From an uncultured Gammaproteobacteria bacterium (GTDB lineage: Bacteria > Pseudomonadota > Gammaproteobacteria > UBA9214), in contig CAVOZZ010000009.1 of the NCBI GenBank assembly GCA_963701505.1, positions 65,770 to 129,769 on the forward strand: a stretch of 64,000 nt of DNA, in the 5' to 3' direction. Of the stretch, positions 1 to 10,286 are shown in pieces; positions within the stretch are counted from its first letter, which is position 1; every line of letters begins with the position of its first letter. A program made the position numbers and the translations under genes. Under the pieces are notes generated by a model. The model saw only the letters and a program-made list of their open reading frames with translations. It was not told the DNA's origin and did no database searches.

Positions 1-728
1 GCAAATACCAGTAGCGGCTTATTTATCTTCGGCAACAAATAGGGCGTATCCTTGCGCGGATCTGGAGCGTAATAGGAGACCATCGCCTGTGCACTGACAA
101 CCGCATCCGCACAGTAGATGAAGTCCGTGTGTTCCATCAGGGTTTCCGGGTGACCCGTAGCAACCAGGGATTGTGATTTTTTCAGCACTGGGGCCAGGGG
201 TTTACCATAGCTTTTCTCATAGCTGCTGGCTTCAGCTTCCGCATTCCAGGTCTGGGGAGCAATCAGGATCACCTTGCTGATAACCGGGTCATCCTGCTCG
301 GCCGCAAACCAGGCGGTCTGGTTGCCCCCGCGAGAATGCCCCAGCAAAACCACTTGTTCAACGCCCTGCGTTTTTAACCAGCCAAGCCAGGCACCGATCT
401 CGCCCAAGGCATCTTCATGCTGGTGGATATGGGGCGTGCTGCACTCGTAGGGGCCATGGCGGTCATTCAGGCCCAGGCCAAGATTGATCGCCAGTGAGCT
501 CACCCCGTTTTCCAGGAACAGTTGCTGCAAGACGCTGATGAGTTCGCTTTTGTTGTGTGAGAGGGTGCCGTGAGTAATCAGAACGGTCGGGCCTGCCGGC
601 CAGTCTTGCCGCTTTTCCAGGCTGGCATTCAGGGTCAGGTTCTCATAGTTCAGTTTCACCTCTTCTGCGTATACCCCGGGGGCAGACACAATGGAGACCA
701 GCACAAATATCGAAAAAATACGCAGCAT
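1..728 (-). CDS. secreted alpha/beta-fold hydrolase (start in window, 3' end runs off window edge)
   Basis: Absent from the supplied ORF track because it has no stop in the window. My reverse-strand translation from ATG (728-726) gives MLRIFSIFVLVSIVSAPGVYAEE (signal-peptide-like), then VVLLGHSRGGNQTAWFAA with a G-H-S-R-G nucleophile elbow. The frame is open to position 1. It makes the + strand ORF 570..980 spurious. Confidence 0.7.
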   Translation of the reverse strand, partial: MLRIFSIFVLVSIVSAPGVYAEEVKLNYENLTLNASLEKRQDWPAGPTVLITHGTLSHNKSELISVLQQLFLENGVSSLAINLGLGLNDRHGPYECSTPHIHQHEDALGEIGAWLGWLKTQGVEQVVLLGHSRGGNQTAWFAAEQDDPVISKVILIAPQTWNAEAEASSYEKSYGKPLAPVLKKSQSLVATGHPETLMEHTDFIYCADAVVSAQAMVSYYAPDPRKDTPYLLPKINKPLLVF

Positions 729-1021
729 CACGAGTACTCCTCCAGGTCAATAATCCAAGATTATCACGCTAGGAGACGACTGTTGATTTTCCTGTTTGAA
801 TCTTGCAATCATTTGCAGCTGACAGCCGTTCGAGACCGGGTACGTTTACTTCCTCAGTCCGACTGCCAGAAAACCACCACAGGGCAGTGCAGCCGGCAGC
901 CAGGGCTCGCTCCACTGCTCCACGCCGGTCCCTTGAGGAAGAAAAACGGCACTGCGCAACATAATCTTCCGGGTCACTAAAATGCGGCGCTTCTAAACTG
1001 TTCTCTGCTGTCCCCTGCAGA

Positions 1022-1987
1022 CTAGATCACCGGCAGGCCCGCCTCTATCCACTTTGTCATGCCACCACGCACCACGTGCACGTCGGCGAAACCCTCTTCC
1101 GTCAGCAACAACGCCGCCTTCGCGGAGCGCTTGTCGGTACGGCATACAATCGCAACCGGTTGTTCAAGGCGCTTACCTATCTCATCCATGCGCTGTTGCA
1201 GTTCTTCGACCGGGATATTCACGGCACCCTCGATATGTCCCTGTTCACCGACGAAGTCTTCAGCAGTGCGCACATCAAGCACCAGCAAATTCTTTTTGGT
1301 CTCGAGCAGCTGCTTGAACTCGGGTATGTCTATCATGGGGCCACGGCGCAGGTTGCCAATCAGGCGAGGCAGAAAGGCCACTACGGCCAGCAGTGCCAGT
1401 GCCAGCAGGCCTTTCTGGATCATGCCCTCGCCACCAGCGATTGCTTCGCGGCCCGCATAGCCCAGGTAGGTGTAGGCAATGGCACCTGGCAGCATGAACA
1501 CATAGGTCGCCAGGATGTAATGCAGTAACCGCAGGCGCGTCAGCCCAAGGGCATAGTTCAGCAAGTTGAACGGAAACAACGGCACCAGCCGCACGAAGGC
1601 AACAAAACGCCAGCCCTCACCCTCGACGCCATTGACCAATTGTTTCACACGCCCGCCTGTTTTATTCGCGACCCAGTCTGCGGCCAGGTAGCGTGCAATC
1701 AGGAAGGCCAGGGTGGCACCCAGCGTGGCGCCTGTCAGGTTATAGAAGGTCCCCAGTACCGGTCCGAACAAGGCACCGCCGGCCAGTGTAAGGACTGAAC
1801 CGGGAAGAAACAGCACGGCAGCCAGTGCGTAAATCAGCATGAACAGCAACGGGGCTACCGGCCCGGCATTCCGAACCCGGGACTCGAGTGCTGCCGCGTC
1901 GAACTGGTCACGGTAAATGATGGCCAGCGTGACTGCAGCAAACAGTCCCAGGAATAAAACGATTCGCATCAGACGCTTGCTATTCAT
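1022..1987 (-). CDS. TVP38/TMEM64 (DedA/SNARE-associated) membrane protein fused to a C-terminal rhodanese domain
   Basis: ORF 1022..1996. The likely ATG is at 1987 (MNSKRLMRIV). The N-terminal ~210 aa are multi-TM with LPGSVLTLAGGALFG and VRLVPLFPFNLLNYALG motifs. The C-terminal ~100 aa are rhodanese-like, with active-site loop CRTDKRS and GGMTKWIEAGLP. Confidence 0.75.
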   Translation of the reverse strand: MNSKRLMRIVLFLGLFAAVTLAIIYRDQFDAAALESRVRNAGPVAPLLFMLIYALAAVLFLPGSVLTLAGGALFGPVLGTFYNLTGATLGATLAFLIARYLAADWVANKTGGRVKQLVNGVEGEGWRFVAFVRLVPLFPFNLLNYALGLTRLRLLHYILATYVFMLPGAIAYTYLGYAGREAIAGGEGMIQKGLLALALLAVVAFLPRLIGNLRRGPMIDIPEFKQLLETKKNLLVLDVRTAEDFVGEQGHIEGAVNIPVEELQQRMDEIGKRLEQPVAIVCRTDKRSAKAALLLTEEGFADVHVVRGGMTKWIEAGLPVI

Positions 1988-2193
1988 GGCCACCACTACA
2001 CCGGCGCCGTGGGCTGATCATTTCCCATAGTGCCATGACACCGAACATGCCAGGGAAAAACCCGATCCGGATGGGCATTGCATTGCTCAAGATGAAGTTA
2101 TTGAGATTCACAGACAGTACCTCTCTGGAACAACGGATTGCCCCTTAGGGTCCACCGGCTGAAAATGCCTGTTGGCTGGATAAGGAGCTTGTC

Positions 2194-4275
2194 TCAGCGG
2201 CGTTCAAACACTACCACACTGCGGGGCTGCACCATGCAGGTGGGTGCTGACTGCAGCGGCTGATTCACAGGCCTGATGATATCCAGCGGGGACTCCCCGG
2301 CGGTATCGATGGCCAGGTGCCAGTCGCCCTCGGTAACCGGCGGCAAGGGCATGATCAGCTGCTTCGCCTGCATGTTCATAACCACGAACAGGTCTTCCTC
2401 CCAGGACTCAACCGCACCCAGCGTACAGGCCAGCACCCGCGCATCGTGATCCTCCCATGATGGCTGGTTGAAGCGTTCACCATGCCAGGTGATGTCCGGG
2501 AACCAGTGGCCTTCGCGCTCCAGTCCGTTCAGGAAGCGCGCATGCATGAGGCAGGCATGGCGCTTGCGAAAGGCAATCATCAGCCGCGTAAAGCGCAGCA
2601 TCTCGCTGTTTGTCTCCAGCAGCGTCCAGTCAAACCAGCCGAGTTCATTGTTCTGGCACCAGACATTGTTATTGCCATGCTGGGTTCGCAGCACCTCGTC
2701 ACCGGCATTGATCATGGGTATTCCCTGGCTGAGCAACAGGATCGCCATGAAGTTCTTCGCCTGCCTGCGCCGCAACCCGATGATATCGCCGTCATCGGTT
2801 TCGCCCTCAGTGCCGCAGTTCCAGCTGAGGACGTTGTTGTTGCCATCGCGGTTCTGCTCGCCGTTGCCCTCATTGTGTTTTTCGTTAAAGCTCACCAGGT
2901 CATGCAGGGTGAAGCCATCATGGCAGTTGATGAAATTGATGCTGTTGATCGGCAGCCGGTCATCATCCTGGTAGAGATCACTGCTGCCGCTGAAACGCCG
3001 CGCCAGTTCGCTGTGCATACCCTTGTCGCCGCGCACAAAGCGGCGCACCACATCCCGGTAACGCCCGTTCCACTCGGCCCAGCGAAAACCGGGGAAATCA
3101 CCGACCTGGTAAAGACCTGCCGCATCCCAGGCCTCGGCGATAATGCGCGTTTCACTGAGCACATTGGAAAACTCGATATTCCACAACACCGGCGCATGGT
3201 ACAGCGGCTCGACCATTCTCGCCGCGCGACAGCACGCTGGCCAGATCAAAACGGAAACCATCCACATGCATCTCGCGCACCCAGTACTCGAGACATTCCA
3301 GTATGAACTTCGCCACCAGCGGATGATTGCAGTTGAAGGTGTTGCCGCAACCGGTGTAATCACGGTAGATCGCGCGATCCTGCGGGATCCAGGTGGTAGA
3401 AGGTCTCGTTGCCGATGCCCTTGAAATTGATGACCGGGCCACCTGCCCCGCCTTCGGCCGTATGGTTAAAGACCACGTCGAGAATGACGCCGATGCCGGC
3501 CTCATGCAGCGCCTTCACCATGTCCCGGAACTCGTGGACATGGGCACCGGCATGTGGCGAGACACAATAACCGGGGTGCGGACTGAAATAACTGTGGGTG
3601 CTGTATCCCCAGTAATTGCGCAGACCCAGTTCCGCCACGCCCGGCGGGTACGTCCTGTTCATCAAAGGCCATGACAGGCAGCAGTTCGACATGGGTCACG
3701 CCCAGTTCCATCAGGTAGGGGATCTTCTCGATGACACCGAGGAAGGTCCCCGGCCGGCTGGCGCCGGCACTCGGATGCCGGGTAAAACCACCGACATGCA
3801 TTTCATAGATAATGGTTTTTTCCGGACGGATACAACCCAGTGGTTCATCATCCTCCCAGTCATACTCGCCGGACTGCACCACGCCACGCATGGAGGTGGC
3901 CATGTTGCTGCCGGGCGCCTCCGCCGCGGCGCGTTGCCACAGCGTGTCGGTCACGCCGCGCGCCCAGGGATCCAGCAGTACCTTCTCGCGGTCAAAACGA
4001 AATCCGGACTGATGCAGGTCATCCGGCCCGTCGATACGCCACGCATAGTGGGTACCCGCCGGCAGGTCCACCACCAGCACGCTCCAGAAAAAAAACATCC
4101 GCTGCAGCCGCGCTTCCAGGGGAATAATCTGAAAGGGCTCGACACTGTCCGCGGCAGCAAACAGCAGCAACTCGACATGCGTGGCATGCCGGCTGTAGAT
4201 GGAGAAATTGACACCGTCCGCAACCGCGGTGGCGCCCTCCGGGTAGCGGTTGCCGGGACGGATCTGGTAACTCAT
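2194..4275 (-). pseudogene. glgX: glycogen debranching enzyme GlgX (GH13), disrupted by 3 frame changes as sequenced
   Basis: Four colinear ORF fragments (3502-4299, 3360-3692, 3152-3505, 2194-3363). GH13 motifs present: [37 protein letters not shown]. Frame breaks lie near 3645, 3390 and 3212. The likely start is MSYQIRPG at 4275. Confidence 0.85.
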
Positions 4276-4658
4276 GGTGGCGTTGTCAGTCAATGGCATG
4301 GTTCCGCGGCTGTTTTATTCCGGTGCTGTCGCAGCAGCGCGGGTAGACAGGCACACCGTTATGGCTTGATCGGTGACAACCCCGACTACCCGCCGCTGGC
4401 TGTGGTGGTTCCCCGGTAACGGGGTTACGCTGCTGCTCGACTACGTCCAGCAGTTTATCAAAGGCCTCGATAAAAAGTCCCACACTCTCTGTGTGCAGCC
4501 TGTCCGCCCCATCACGGTGCCGCGTCACCCCCGATGAAGTTAATAAAAACGTAACATTCCCCCACTTTTACTTGAACAGGCAGCAGAGTAGACTTGCGCC
4601 GCAATGCTGTCACCCTCGATAAACCTGCCCCTGCAATTCCTCAACCTCTGGTTGACGC

Positions 4659-5118
4659 TTGCTGCTGATCTGGCTGATTGCCAACGGCACGCTGGCCACC
4701 GACACCGTGCTCACCGGCGTGGTGATCACCGCGGCCATCGCGCTGGCGTTCGCCGCCTATTCGCGCGTCTATAGCGTGATCCGCTGGTCGCCGCGGGTGA
4801 TCTACAATTACCTGCTTTACCTGGGCGTGTTTCTCCACGAACTGGTGAAGGCCAACCTTAACGTGATGCGGCTATGTGTTCAGCCGGCACATCGACATCC
4901 ACCCCGGCATCGTCGAGATCAAGACCCGCCTGGAGTCGCCCATCGGCCGCCTGGCACTGGCGAATTCCATCACGCTGACCCCGGGCACCCTGGTCGTGGA
5001 CATGCAGGGCGATTCGCTGTTCATCCACTGGATCAACGTCACCGCGACGGACCCGGTCGCGGCCACGCAGGCGATCGCCGGGCGCTTCGAGAAATACCTG
5101 AAGGTGATCTATGGCTGA
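4659..5118 (+). pseudogene. MrpE/MnhE-like antiporter subunit (MbxA-like), one frame change near 4866-4880
   Basis: ORF 4659..5129 (TTG start; N-terminal TM part ending HELVKANLNVMR) continues in ORF 4876..5118 (IDIHPGIVEIKTRLESPIGRLALANSITLTPGTLVVDM). This is typical MnhE. The stop overlaps the next start. Confidence 0.7.
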
Positions 5119-5371
5119 GATCGCCCTGAACATCGCTTTCGTGCTGATCTTCTTCAGCATCGTGTTCGGCATCATCCGTCTGGTCATCGGCCCCGACACG
5201 GTCGACCGGGTGGTCGCCGTCGACCTGCTGACCATCGTCGCCATCGCGGTGATCGCGCTGCTGGCACACATCGGCAACCGCTATATCTACCTCGATGTCG
5301 CCCTGGTCTACGGCCTGCTGAGTTTCCTCGGCGTGCTCGCGGTTGCCCGTTTCCTCGAAAAAGGCATCTAG
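5111..5371 (+). CDS. MrpF/MnhF-like subunit
   Basis: 86 aa, three TM segments. GPDTVDRVVAVDLL is the MnhF/PhaF signature region. The 8-nt start/stop overlap with the upstream gene suggests translational coupling. Confidence 0.8.
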   Translation: MAEIALNIAFVLIFFSIVFGIIRLVIGPDTVDRVVAVDLLTIVAIAVIALLAHIGNRYIYLDVALVYGLLSFLGVLAVARFLEKGI

Positions 5372-5393
5372 TCGCACAGGTAATTCACTGAAT

Positions 5394-5633
5394 ATGATCG
5401 TATTACTCACACTGCTGCTCTGTGGCGGCATCCTCATCAGCGGCCTGCTCGCCGTGCAGCTCGACAGCCTGGTCAGCGCGGTGATCAGCGCCGGCCTCGC
5501 CAGCCTGTTCGCTGCCGTGGTCTACGTGGTGCTGGCGGCGCCCGACGTTGCCATGACCGAGGCCTCGATCGGCTCGGGCCTGTCGACCATGATCTTTCTT
5601 TATGCCATCCGCAAGACGCGGGGCAAGGACTGA
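5394..5633 (+). CDS. small membrane subunit, MbhD/MrpB-N-terminal (DUF4040)-like
   Basis: ORF 5343..5633. The internal ATG at 5394 gives MIVLLTLLLCGGILISGL..., ~79 aa with 3 TM. The motif APDVAMTEASIGSGLSTMIF resembles the DUF4040 region of MnhB/MbhD. Confidence 0.6.
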   Translation: MIVLLTLLLCGGILISGLLAVQLDSLVSAVISAGLASLFAAVVYVVLAAPDVAMTEASIGSGLSTMIFLYAIRKTRGKD

Positions 5634-5636
5634 GCC

Positions 5637-5981
5637 ATGGGCGAGTTGATCGGCAGCCTGTTCCTGCTGGGTGGCTCGGTATTCCTGTTCTCGGCGGGTC
5701 TCGGCGTGCTGCGCATGCCGGACACCTATAACCGTATCCAGACCGGCACCAAGGCCACCACCCTGGGCACCATCCTGATCCTGATCGGTCTGGCCTTCCT
5801 GCACCCGGCCTGGACCTTCAAACTGATCATCCTGATCTTCTTCGTGATGCTTACCAACCCGGTGTCCTCGCACGCCCTGGCACGCGCCGCCCATGCCATC
5901 GGCACCGCAGAGACCGAGTCCACCGTGATCGACCAGCTGGAGGTCACCGCGAACGAAGACACCCGGGAGCAAGCGGAATGA
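5637..5981 (+). CDS. MrpG/MnhG-like subunit
   Basis: 114 aa. GVLRMPDTYNRIQTGTKATTLG is the classic MnhG/PhaG motif. Confidence 0.8.
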   Translation: MGELIGSLFLLGGSVFLFSAGLGVLRMPDTYNRIQTGTKATTLGTILILIGLAFLHPAWTFKLIILIFFVMLTNPVSSHALARAAHAIGTAETESTVIDQLEVTANEDTREQAE

Positions 5982-6015
5982 ACCGTGCAACGCCGCTGCC
6001 GGGTAGCGAGACCGT

Positions 6016-6756
6016 ATGATCAAGCGCATCGTCATCCTGCTGGTGCTGGTCATGCTGGCGATCATCTTTCTCGAGCTCGCGGCCAACTACAGCGAGAAAA
6101 CCTCGCTGTCACCACTGGGCCACTACTACGCCGAGCAGGGGCCATCGGAACTCGGCGCCGCCAACCTGGTGACTGCCGTGGTGGTCACCTACCGCGGCCT
6201 GGATACCCTGGGCGAGGTCACCGTGCTGTTCATCTCCGCTGCCGGTGTCGGCCTGCTGTTGCGCCGCACCCGGCGCACGGACGATGACGAAGATCTTGAA
6301 AAAGGCGACCGCGCCGAGGAAACCGCGGGCGCGCGCAAGCCCGCCAGTGAAATCGTCGAAACCGCCACCCAGCTGCTGCTACCGATGGTCATCCTGTTCG
6401 GCATCTACGTATTCCTGAACGGCCACCTGTCGCCCGGCGGCGGGTTCCAGGGCGGTGCCATCATCGCCTCCGGCACCATGTTCCTGTTGCTGGCCCTGCC
6501 CGAATCACACATCAGCCGCCTGATGATCGCCATGACCGAATCGCTCTCCGGCTTCAGCTACGTGGTCATCGGCGTGCTCGGCGTGCTGCTGGCAGGCGGT
6601 TTCCTCGACAACCGCATCATGGGCCTCGGCACCTACGGCAGTCTGTTCAGCGCCGGTGCCATACCGCTGATTTATGTGTTCGTCGGCATCAAGGTAGGCT
6701 TCGAACTCAGCGCGGTACTCGACCGCTTCCGCAAGGAGGACACGGGACCGTTATGA
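6016..6756 (+). CDS. MrpB/MnhB-like subunit (MbhE/F-like) with an acidic/basic linker
   Basis: 246 aa. Motifs NLVTAVVVTYRGLDTLGEVTVLF and GHLSPGGGFQGGAI are MnhB-domain signatures. The two halves are joined by a charged insert (RRTRRTDDDEDLEKGDRAEE). Confidence 0.75.
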   Translation: MIKRIVILLVLVMLAIIFLELAANYSEKTSLSPLGHYYAEQGPSELGAANLVTAVVVTYRGLDTLGEVTVLFISAAGVGLLLRRTRRTDDDEDLEKGDRAEETAGARKPASEIVETATQLLLPMVILFGIYVFLNGHLSPGGGFQGGAIIASGTMFLLLALPESHISRLMIAMTESLSGFSYVVIGVLGVLLAGGFLDNRIMGLGTYGSLFSAGAIPLIYVFVGIKVGFELSAVLDRFRKEDTGPL

Positions 6757-7133
6757 GTGTCCTCGCCGACATGCAGATTTCACTGATCGTGCTGTGCAGC
6801 GGCCTCGGCCTGGTCCTGATCGGGCTGTGGGGCATACTGACGCAACGCAATATCATTCGCATGATCATCGGCTTCTCGCTGCTGGATACCGGCATTCACA
6901 TGGTGATGGTATCCATCGGTTATGTCACCGGCGGCACCGCCCCCATCATCAACGACGCCGTGCCCATGGCCGAAGCCGTCAGCCGCGTCGTCGACCCGGT
7001 GCCGTCCGCGCTGGTGCTGACCGCCATCGTCATCGGCCTTGGCGTTACCGCCGTGATGCTGTCCTTCGCGGTACGCATGTACAGGGCACGCAGGACGCTG
7101 ATGATTGACGAGTTCACGGAGTCGAAATGGTAA
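6753..7133 (+). CDS. MrpC/MnhC (NuoK-like) subunit
   Basis: 126 aa, 3 TM. NIIRMIIGFSLLDTGIHMVMV is a NuoK/MnhC-type motif. Start and stop overlap both neighbours. Confidence 0.8.
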   Translation: MSVLADMQISLIVLCSGLGLVLIGLWGILTQRNIIRMIIGFSLLDTGIHMVMVSIGYVTGGTAPIINDAVPMAEAVSRVVDPVPSALVLTAIVIGLGVTAVMLSFAVRMYRARRTLMIDEFTESKW

Positions 7134-8440
7134 ACGCGCTGATGACAGAGGTACTGTTGCGGCCGCTGGGTATCTACGTGATCGCGCTCGGTGCGGGCTT
7201 CCTGATACCACTGTTTGACCGTGCACACCGCGGCTCGGCCATCCTGCTGTTCCTCGCGGCCCTCGCCGGCATGGTCGCCATTGCCGGCATCAACCTGCTG
7301 GCGATCCTGAACGGCGCAGCCGCCATCGAGATCGAAACCGCGGGCATTGCGCCGCCGTTTTCCATCAACCTGCGCTTCGGCCTGTATGAAGGCGGCTTTG
7401 TGCTTGCAGTCAACAGCATCGCGCTGCTGGGCGCCCTGCACTGGCTGCCGTCACTGCGGCAGCATGCCTCCGCGCTGTTGCTCTACCTCATCATGGTGAT
7501 GGGCATCAACGGCATGGTGATGACCCGCGACCTGTTCAACCTGTTCATTTTTATCGAGATTACCTCGATCGCCACCTACGCCCTGATCGGCATGGAGCGC
7601 AGCGGCGCGGTGCTCGCTGCCGGCTTCAAATACATCGTCGCGACCTCGGTGGCCTCGGCCTTCTTCCTGCTGGGCACGATCTTCCTGTATTACCTCACCG
7701 GTACGCTGAACATTGACGGCATGGTGGCACAGCGCGAGCTGATCAGTGGCCCGATCGGCTTCATCGCGACCCTGTTGCTGCTCACCAGCCTGCTGATCGA
7801 GCTCAAACCCTACCCCGCCAACGGCTGGGGACTGGACGTCTACGAGACGGCACCCGGCGGCATCGCCGCGCTGATCTCTGTCGGCGTCTCCGCCGGCGTG
7901 TTGTTCGCGTTGTTCAAGACACTGCCGCTGCTGGATGACTACCTGACGAGCATCGCCGTGGTCGGCGGCGCAACCTTCCTGGTCTCCAACCTGATCGGCC
8001 TGAAGCAGGACAACGCCAAACGCCTGCTCGGCTATTCCTCCATCGGCCAGATGGGCCTGCTGACACTGGCGCTGGCCGCGACGGCACAGCTTGGCAGCGA
8101 GTCACTGTTGCCGCTGATCGTGGGCGGCCTGTTCATCAATCATCTGCTGGCCAAGGCCGGGCTGTTCTGGCTGGCGGACGTGGTCAATCGCAAGACTACC
8201 CGGGACTGGTCGGTGCTCGCCGGGCGGCCCCTGCTGTTACTGGTGTTCGGTATCCTGCTGACCGCCCTGGTCGGTCTGCCACCTTTCCCCGGCTTCTGGG
8301 CCAAGTGGGTGCTGGTCATGGAACTCGCCACGGGTGGCCTGTACGGCTGGATTGCCGTGATCCTGCTGGGCTCGCTGCTGGAAGCCGCCTACCTGTTCCG
8401 CTGGTTTACGCAGGCGCTGGAGGCCCGGAAAACCGATGCC
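7127..8440 (+). CDS. MrpD/NuoM/N-type antiporter-like subunit 1 (MbxH-like); 3' end uncertain
   Basis: ORF 7127..8896. The first ~435 aa are a typical proton-conducting membrane transporter (FNLFIFIEITSIATYALI, LLGYSSIGQMG, PPFPGFWAKW). After ~8430 the reading becomes an Arg/Pro/Gly-rich tail that overlaps the next gene in another frame. The true stop has therefore been lost or shifted. Confidence 0.7.
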
Positions 8441-9818
8441 CCCGAGGCGCATCAGCCGCTGGAAACTGGCGCCCGTTGCCGTGGCCGCCCTGCTGCTGTT
8501 TGCCACCGGCTATGCCATGGCCATGCAACTCGAGAGCGACACCCTGGTCATGTTCCTGCCGCTGCTGGCCGGTGCCGCACTGTGGCTGCTGGACGGCCTG
8601 CCGGGCCGCCTGAAGAGCCTGCTGATGCTGGTGATAGTGGCCGCGGGCGGCGCCTGGCTGACGCTGGATCTCGAAGGCCTGAACCGTATCTTTGGCTTCA
8701 TCCTGGTCGGCGGCGGCGTGCTGGTGAGCCTCGCGACCCAGTACCGGGGCGATGCCCGCAAGGGCTTCTACCCGCTGCTGACCATCCTGCTGCTGTCGCT
8801 GGCGACACTGTTGTGCGCACACACCAGCCTGGCGTTCTTCTTCAGCTGGGAACTGATGACAGTGAGCTCCTACCTGCTGATCACCCTCGGCCGTAACGGC
8901 GTCAAGCCCTCACTGACCTACCTGCTGTTCTCGCTGGGTGCGGCCTATTGCATCCTTGCCGGTTTCGCCATCGCCTATGCGGCCACCGGCAGTCTTGAAC
9001 TGGCCGCACTCGGAGGCACGGGTGCGTCCACCGGCCTGGTATTCAGCCTGCTGGCGGCCGGCTTCCTCATCAAGACCGGCGCGCTCGGCGTGCATATCTG
9101 GGTGCCGGGCGCCTACGCGGAGGCCGACGACGACTTCAGCGCCTTGCTCTCCGCCGTGGTCAGCAAGGCCGCCATCTTTGGCCTGCTGCTGATTGCCGCA
9201 CAGCTCGGCGTGCGTTCCGACATCGGCCTCGACCCGGCCTACGTGCTCGGCTGGATCGGCATGCTTACCGCGACCTTCGGCGCGCTGATGGCCGTGTTCC
9301 AGGAAGACATCAAAAAACTGCTCGCCTACTCCAGCATGGGGCAGCTCGGCTATATCGTCACCGGCATCGCGCTGATGAGCCACCTCGGCTGGGTCTCCGC
9401 ACTGTACCTGACGGTGAACCACTTCCTCTTCAAGGGCATCCTGTTCCTCGCCGTCGCCGGCGTGGTACTGCGCACCAACCAGCGCTTCATGTACAAGATG
9501 GGTGGACTGATCAAGAACATGCCGTTCACCTTCGTCGCCACCATGATCGCCATCATCGCCATGTCCGGCGTGCCGCCGCTGACCGGTTTCGGCGGCAAGT
9601 GGCTGCTGTTCAACGCCATCATGGAAAAGGGCTGGTACTGGCTGGCCGCACTGGCGTTCTTCTCCAGCGCCGTCGCCTTCCTTTATATGTTCCGGCTGCT
9701 GCACACCGTCTTTCTCGGCCAGCGCAAGCTGGAGCATGCACAACTGCGCGAGGCGCCGGCGATCCTGCTGATTCCACAGTTCGTGCTGATCGGCATCATC
9801 ATGGTGTTTTCCGCCTAG
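8436..9818 (+). CDS. MrpD/NuoL-type antiporter-like subunit 2 (MbxH'-like)
   Basis: 460 aa. Motifs FFFSWELMTVSSYLLI, GVHIWVPGAYAEA, LLAYSSMGQLGYI and PPLTGFGGKW. It ends at TAG 9816-9818, which is in frame with the following ORF (see findings). Confidence 0.8.
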   Translation: MPPRRISRWKLAPVAVAALLLFATGYAMAMQLESDTLVMFLPLLAGAALWLLDGLPGRLKSLLMLVIVAAGGAWLTLDLEGLNRIFGFILVGGGVLVSLATQYRGDARKGFYPLLTILLLSLATLLCAHTSLAFFFSWELMTVSSYLLITLGRNGVKPSLTYLLFSLGAAYCILAGFAIAYAATGSLELAALGGTGASTGLVFSLLAAGFLIKTGALGVHIWVPGAYAEADDDFSALLSAVVSKAAIFGLLLIAAQLGVRSDIGLDPAYVLGWIGMLTATFGALMAVFQEDIKKLLAYSSMGQLGYIVTGIALMSHLGWVSALYLTVNHFLFKGILFLAVAGVVLRTNQRFMYKMGGLIKNMPFTFVATMIAIIAMSGVPPLTGFGGKWLLFNAIMEKGWYWLAALAFFSSAVAFLYMFRLLHTVFLGQRKLEHAQLREAPAILLIPQFVLIGIIMVFSA

Positions 9819-10286
9819 CCGAAACTGCTGCTCGAGCCGCTGTCGTCGGCCATCAGCCCGTGGCTGGCCGGCAACCTGGTGTGGGACGGCCTCTCGCTGC
9901 AGACCCATCTCGGCTACTGGAACGCACCCATGATCATGGGCGTCGTCGCCGGCGTGTGGATGGTGCCGCTGCTATTCCTGCTGCTGATGACGCTGACCCT
10001 GAAGATCCAGAAAGTCGGGCAGTTCAACATCGTGTTTGCCGCGGAGCGTCCGCATCGCCCGGAAGACACGCATTTCGCCTACAACTTCTTCGCGCACTAC
10101 GACCGGGCCCTCGGCATCCTGGTGCGGCCGCGCGCCACCGCTTTCTGGAAGTCCGTTGTCGAGTGGAGCCATTCCCTGGCCGCGTCCTTGCGGATTTTCT
10201 ATAACGGCAACGGCCAGACCTATGCACTGCATATCGTGATGTATCTGGTGGCGCTGTACCTGGTGAATGGAGGACTGCAGCTGTGA
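9819..10286 (+). CDS. either the C-terminal continuation of subunit 2 across an in-frame TAG, or a separate MbhI-like small membrane subunit (GTG 9879)
   Basis: Same frame as 8436..9818, with no further stop between 9819 and 9879. There are two or three TM segments (MIMGVVAGVWMVPLLFLLLMTL; IVMYLVALYLV). The stop overlaps the NuoH-like start. Confidence 0.55.
   Translation, partial: PKLLLEPLSSAISPWLAGNLVWDGLSLQTHLGYWNAPMIMGVVAGVWMVPLLFLLLMTLTLKIQKVGQFNIVFAAERPHRPEDTHFAYNFFAHYDRALGILVRPRATAFWKSVVEWSHSLAASLRIFYNGNGQTYALHIVMYLVALYLVNGGLQL

Noticed and set aside
570-980. Plus-strand ORF of 136 aa at the left end.
   Set aside because: Its first 160 nt overlap the better-supported minus-strand alpha/beta hydrolase (signal peptide + GHSRG). 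The rest has no recognisable features and an odd composition.
4286-4528. 80-aa minus-strand ORF upstream of the Mrp-like operon (…DRLHTESVGLFIEAFDKLLDVVEQQ…).
   Set aside because: Only the first ~35 residues look protein-like. The rest is low complexity and it overlaps the glgX 5' end. There is insufficient evidence for a gene.
8430-8896. The ~150-aa C-terminal extension of ORF 7127..8896.
   Set aside because: It is an Arg/Pro/Gly-rich read-through that overlaps the well-supported next gene (8436..) in another frame. Most likely the true stop of subunit 1 was lost to an indel near the ggaaaacc/gccccc runs at about 8425-8440. A genuine fusion of the two antiporter subunits cannot be excluded but is not supported.
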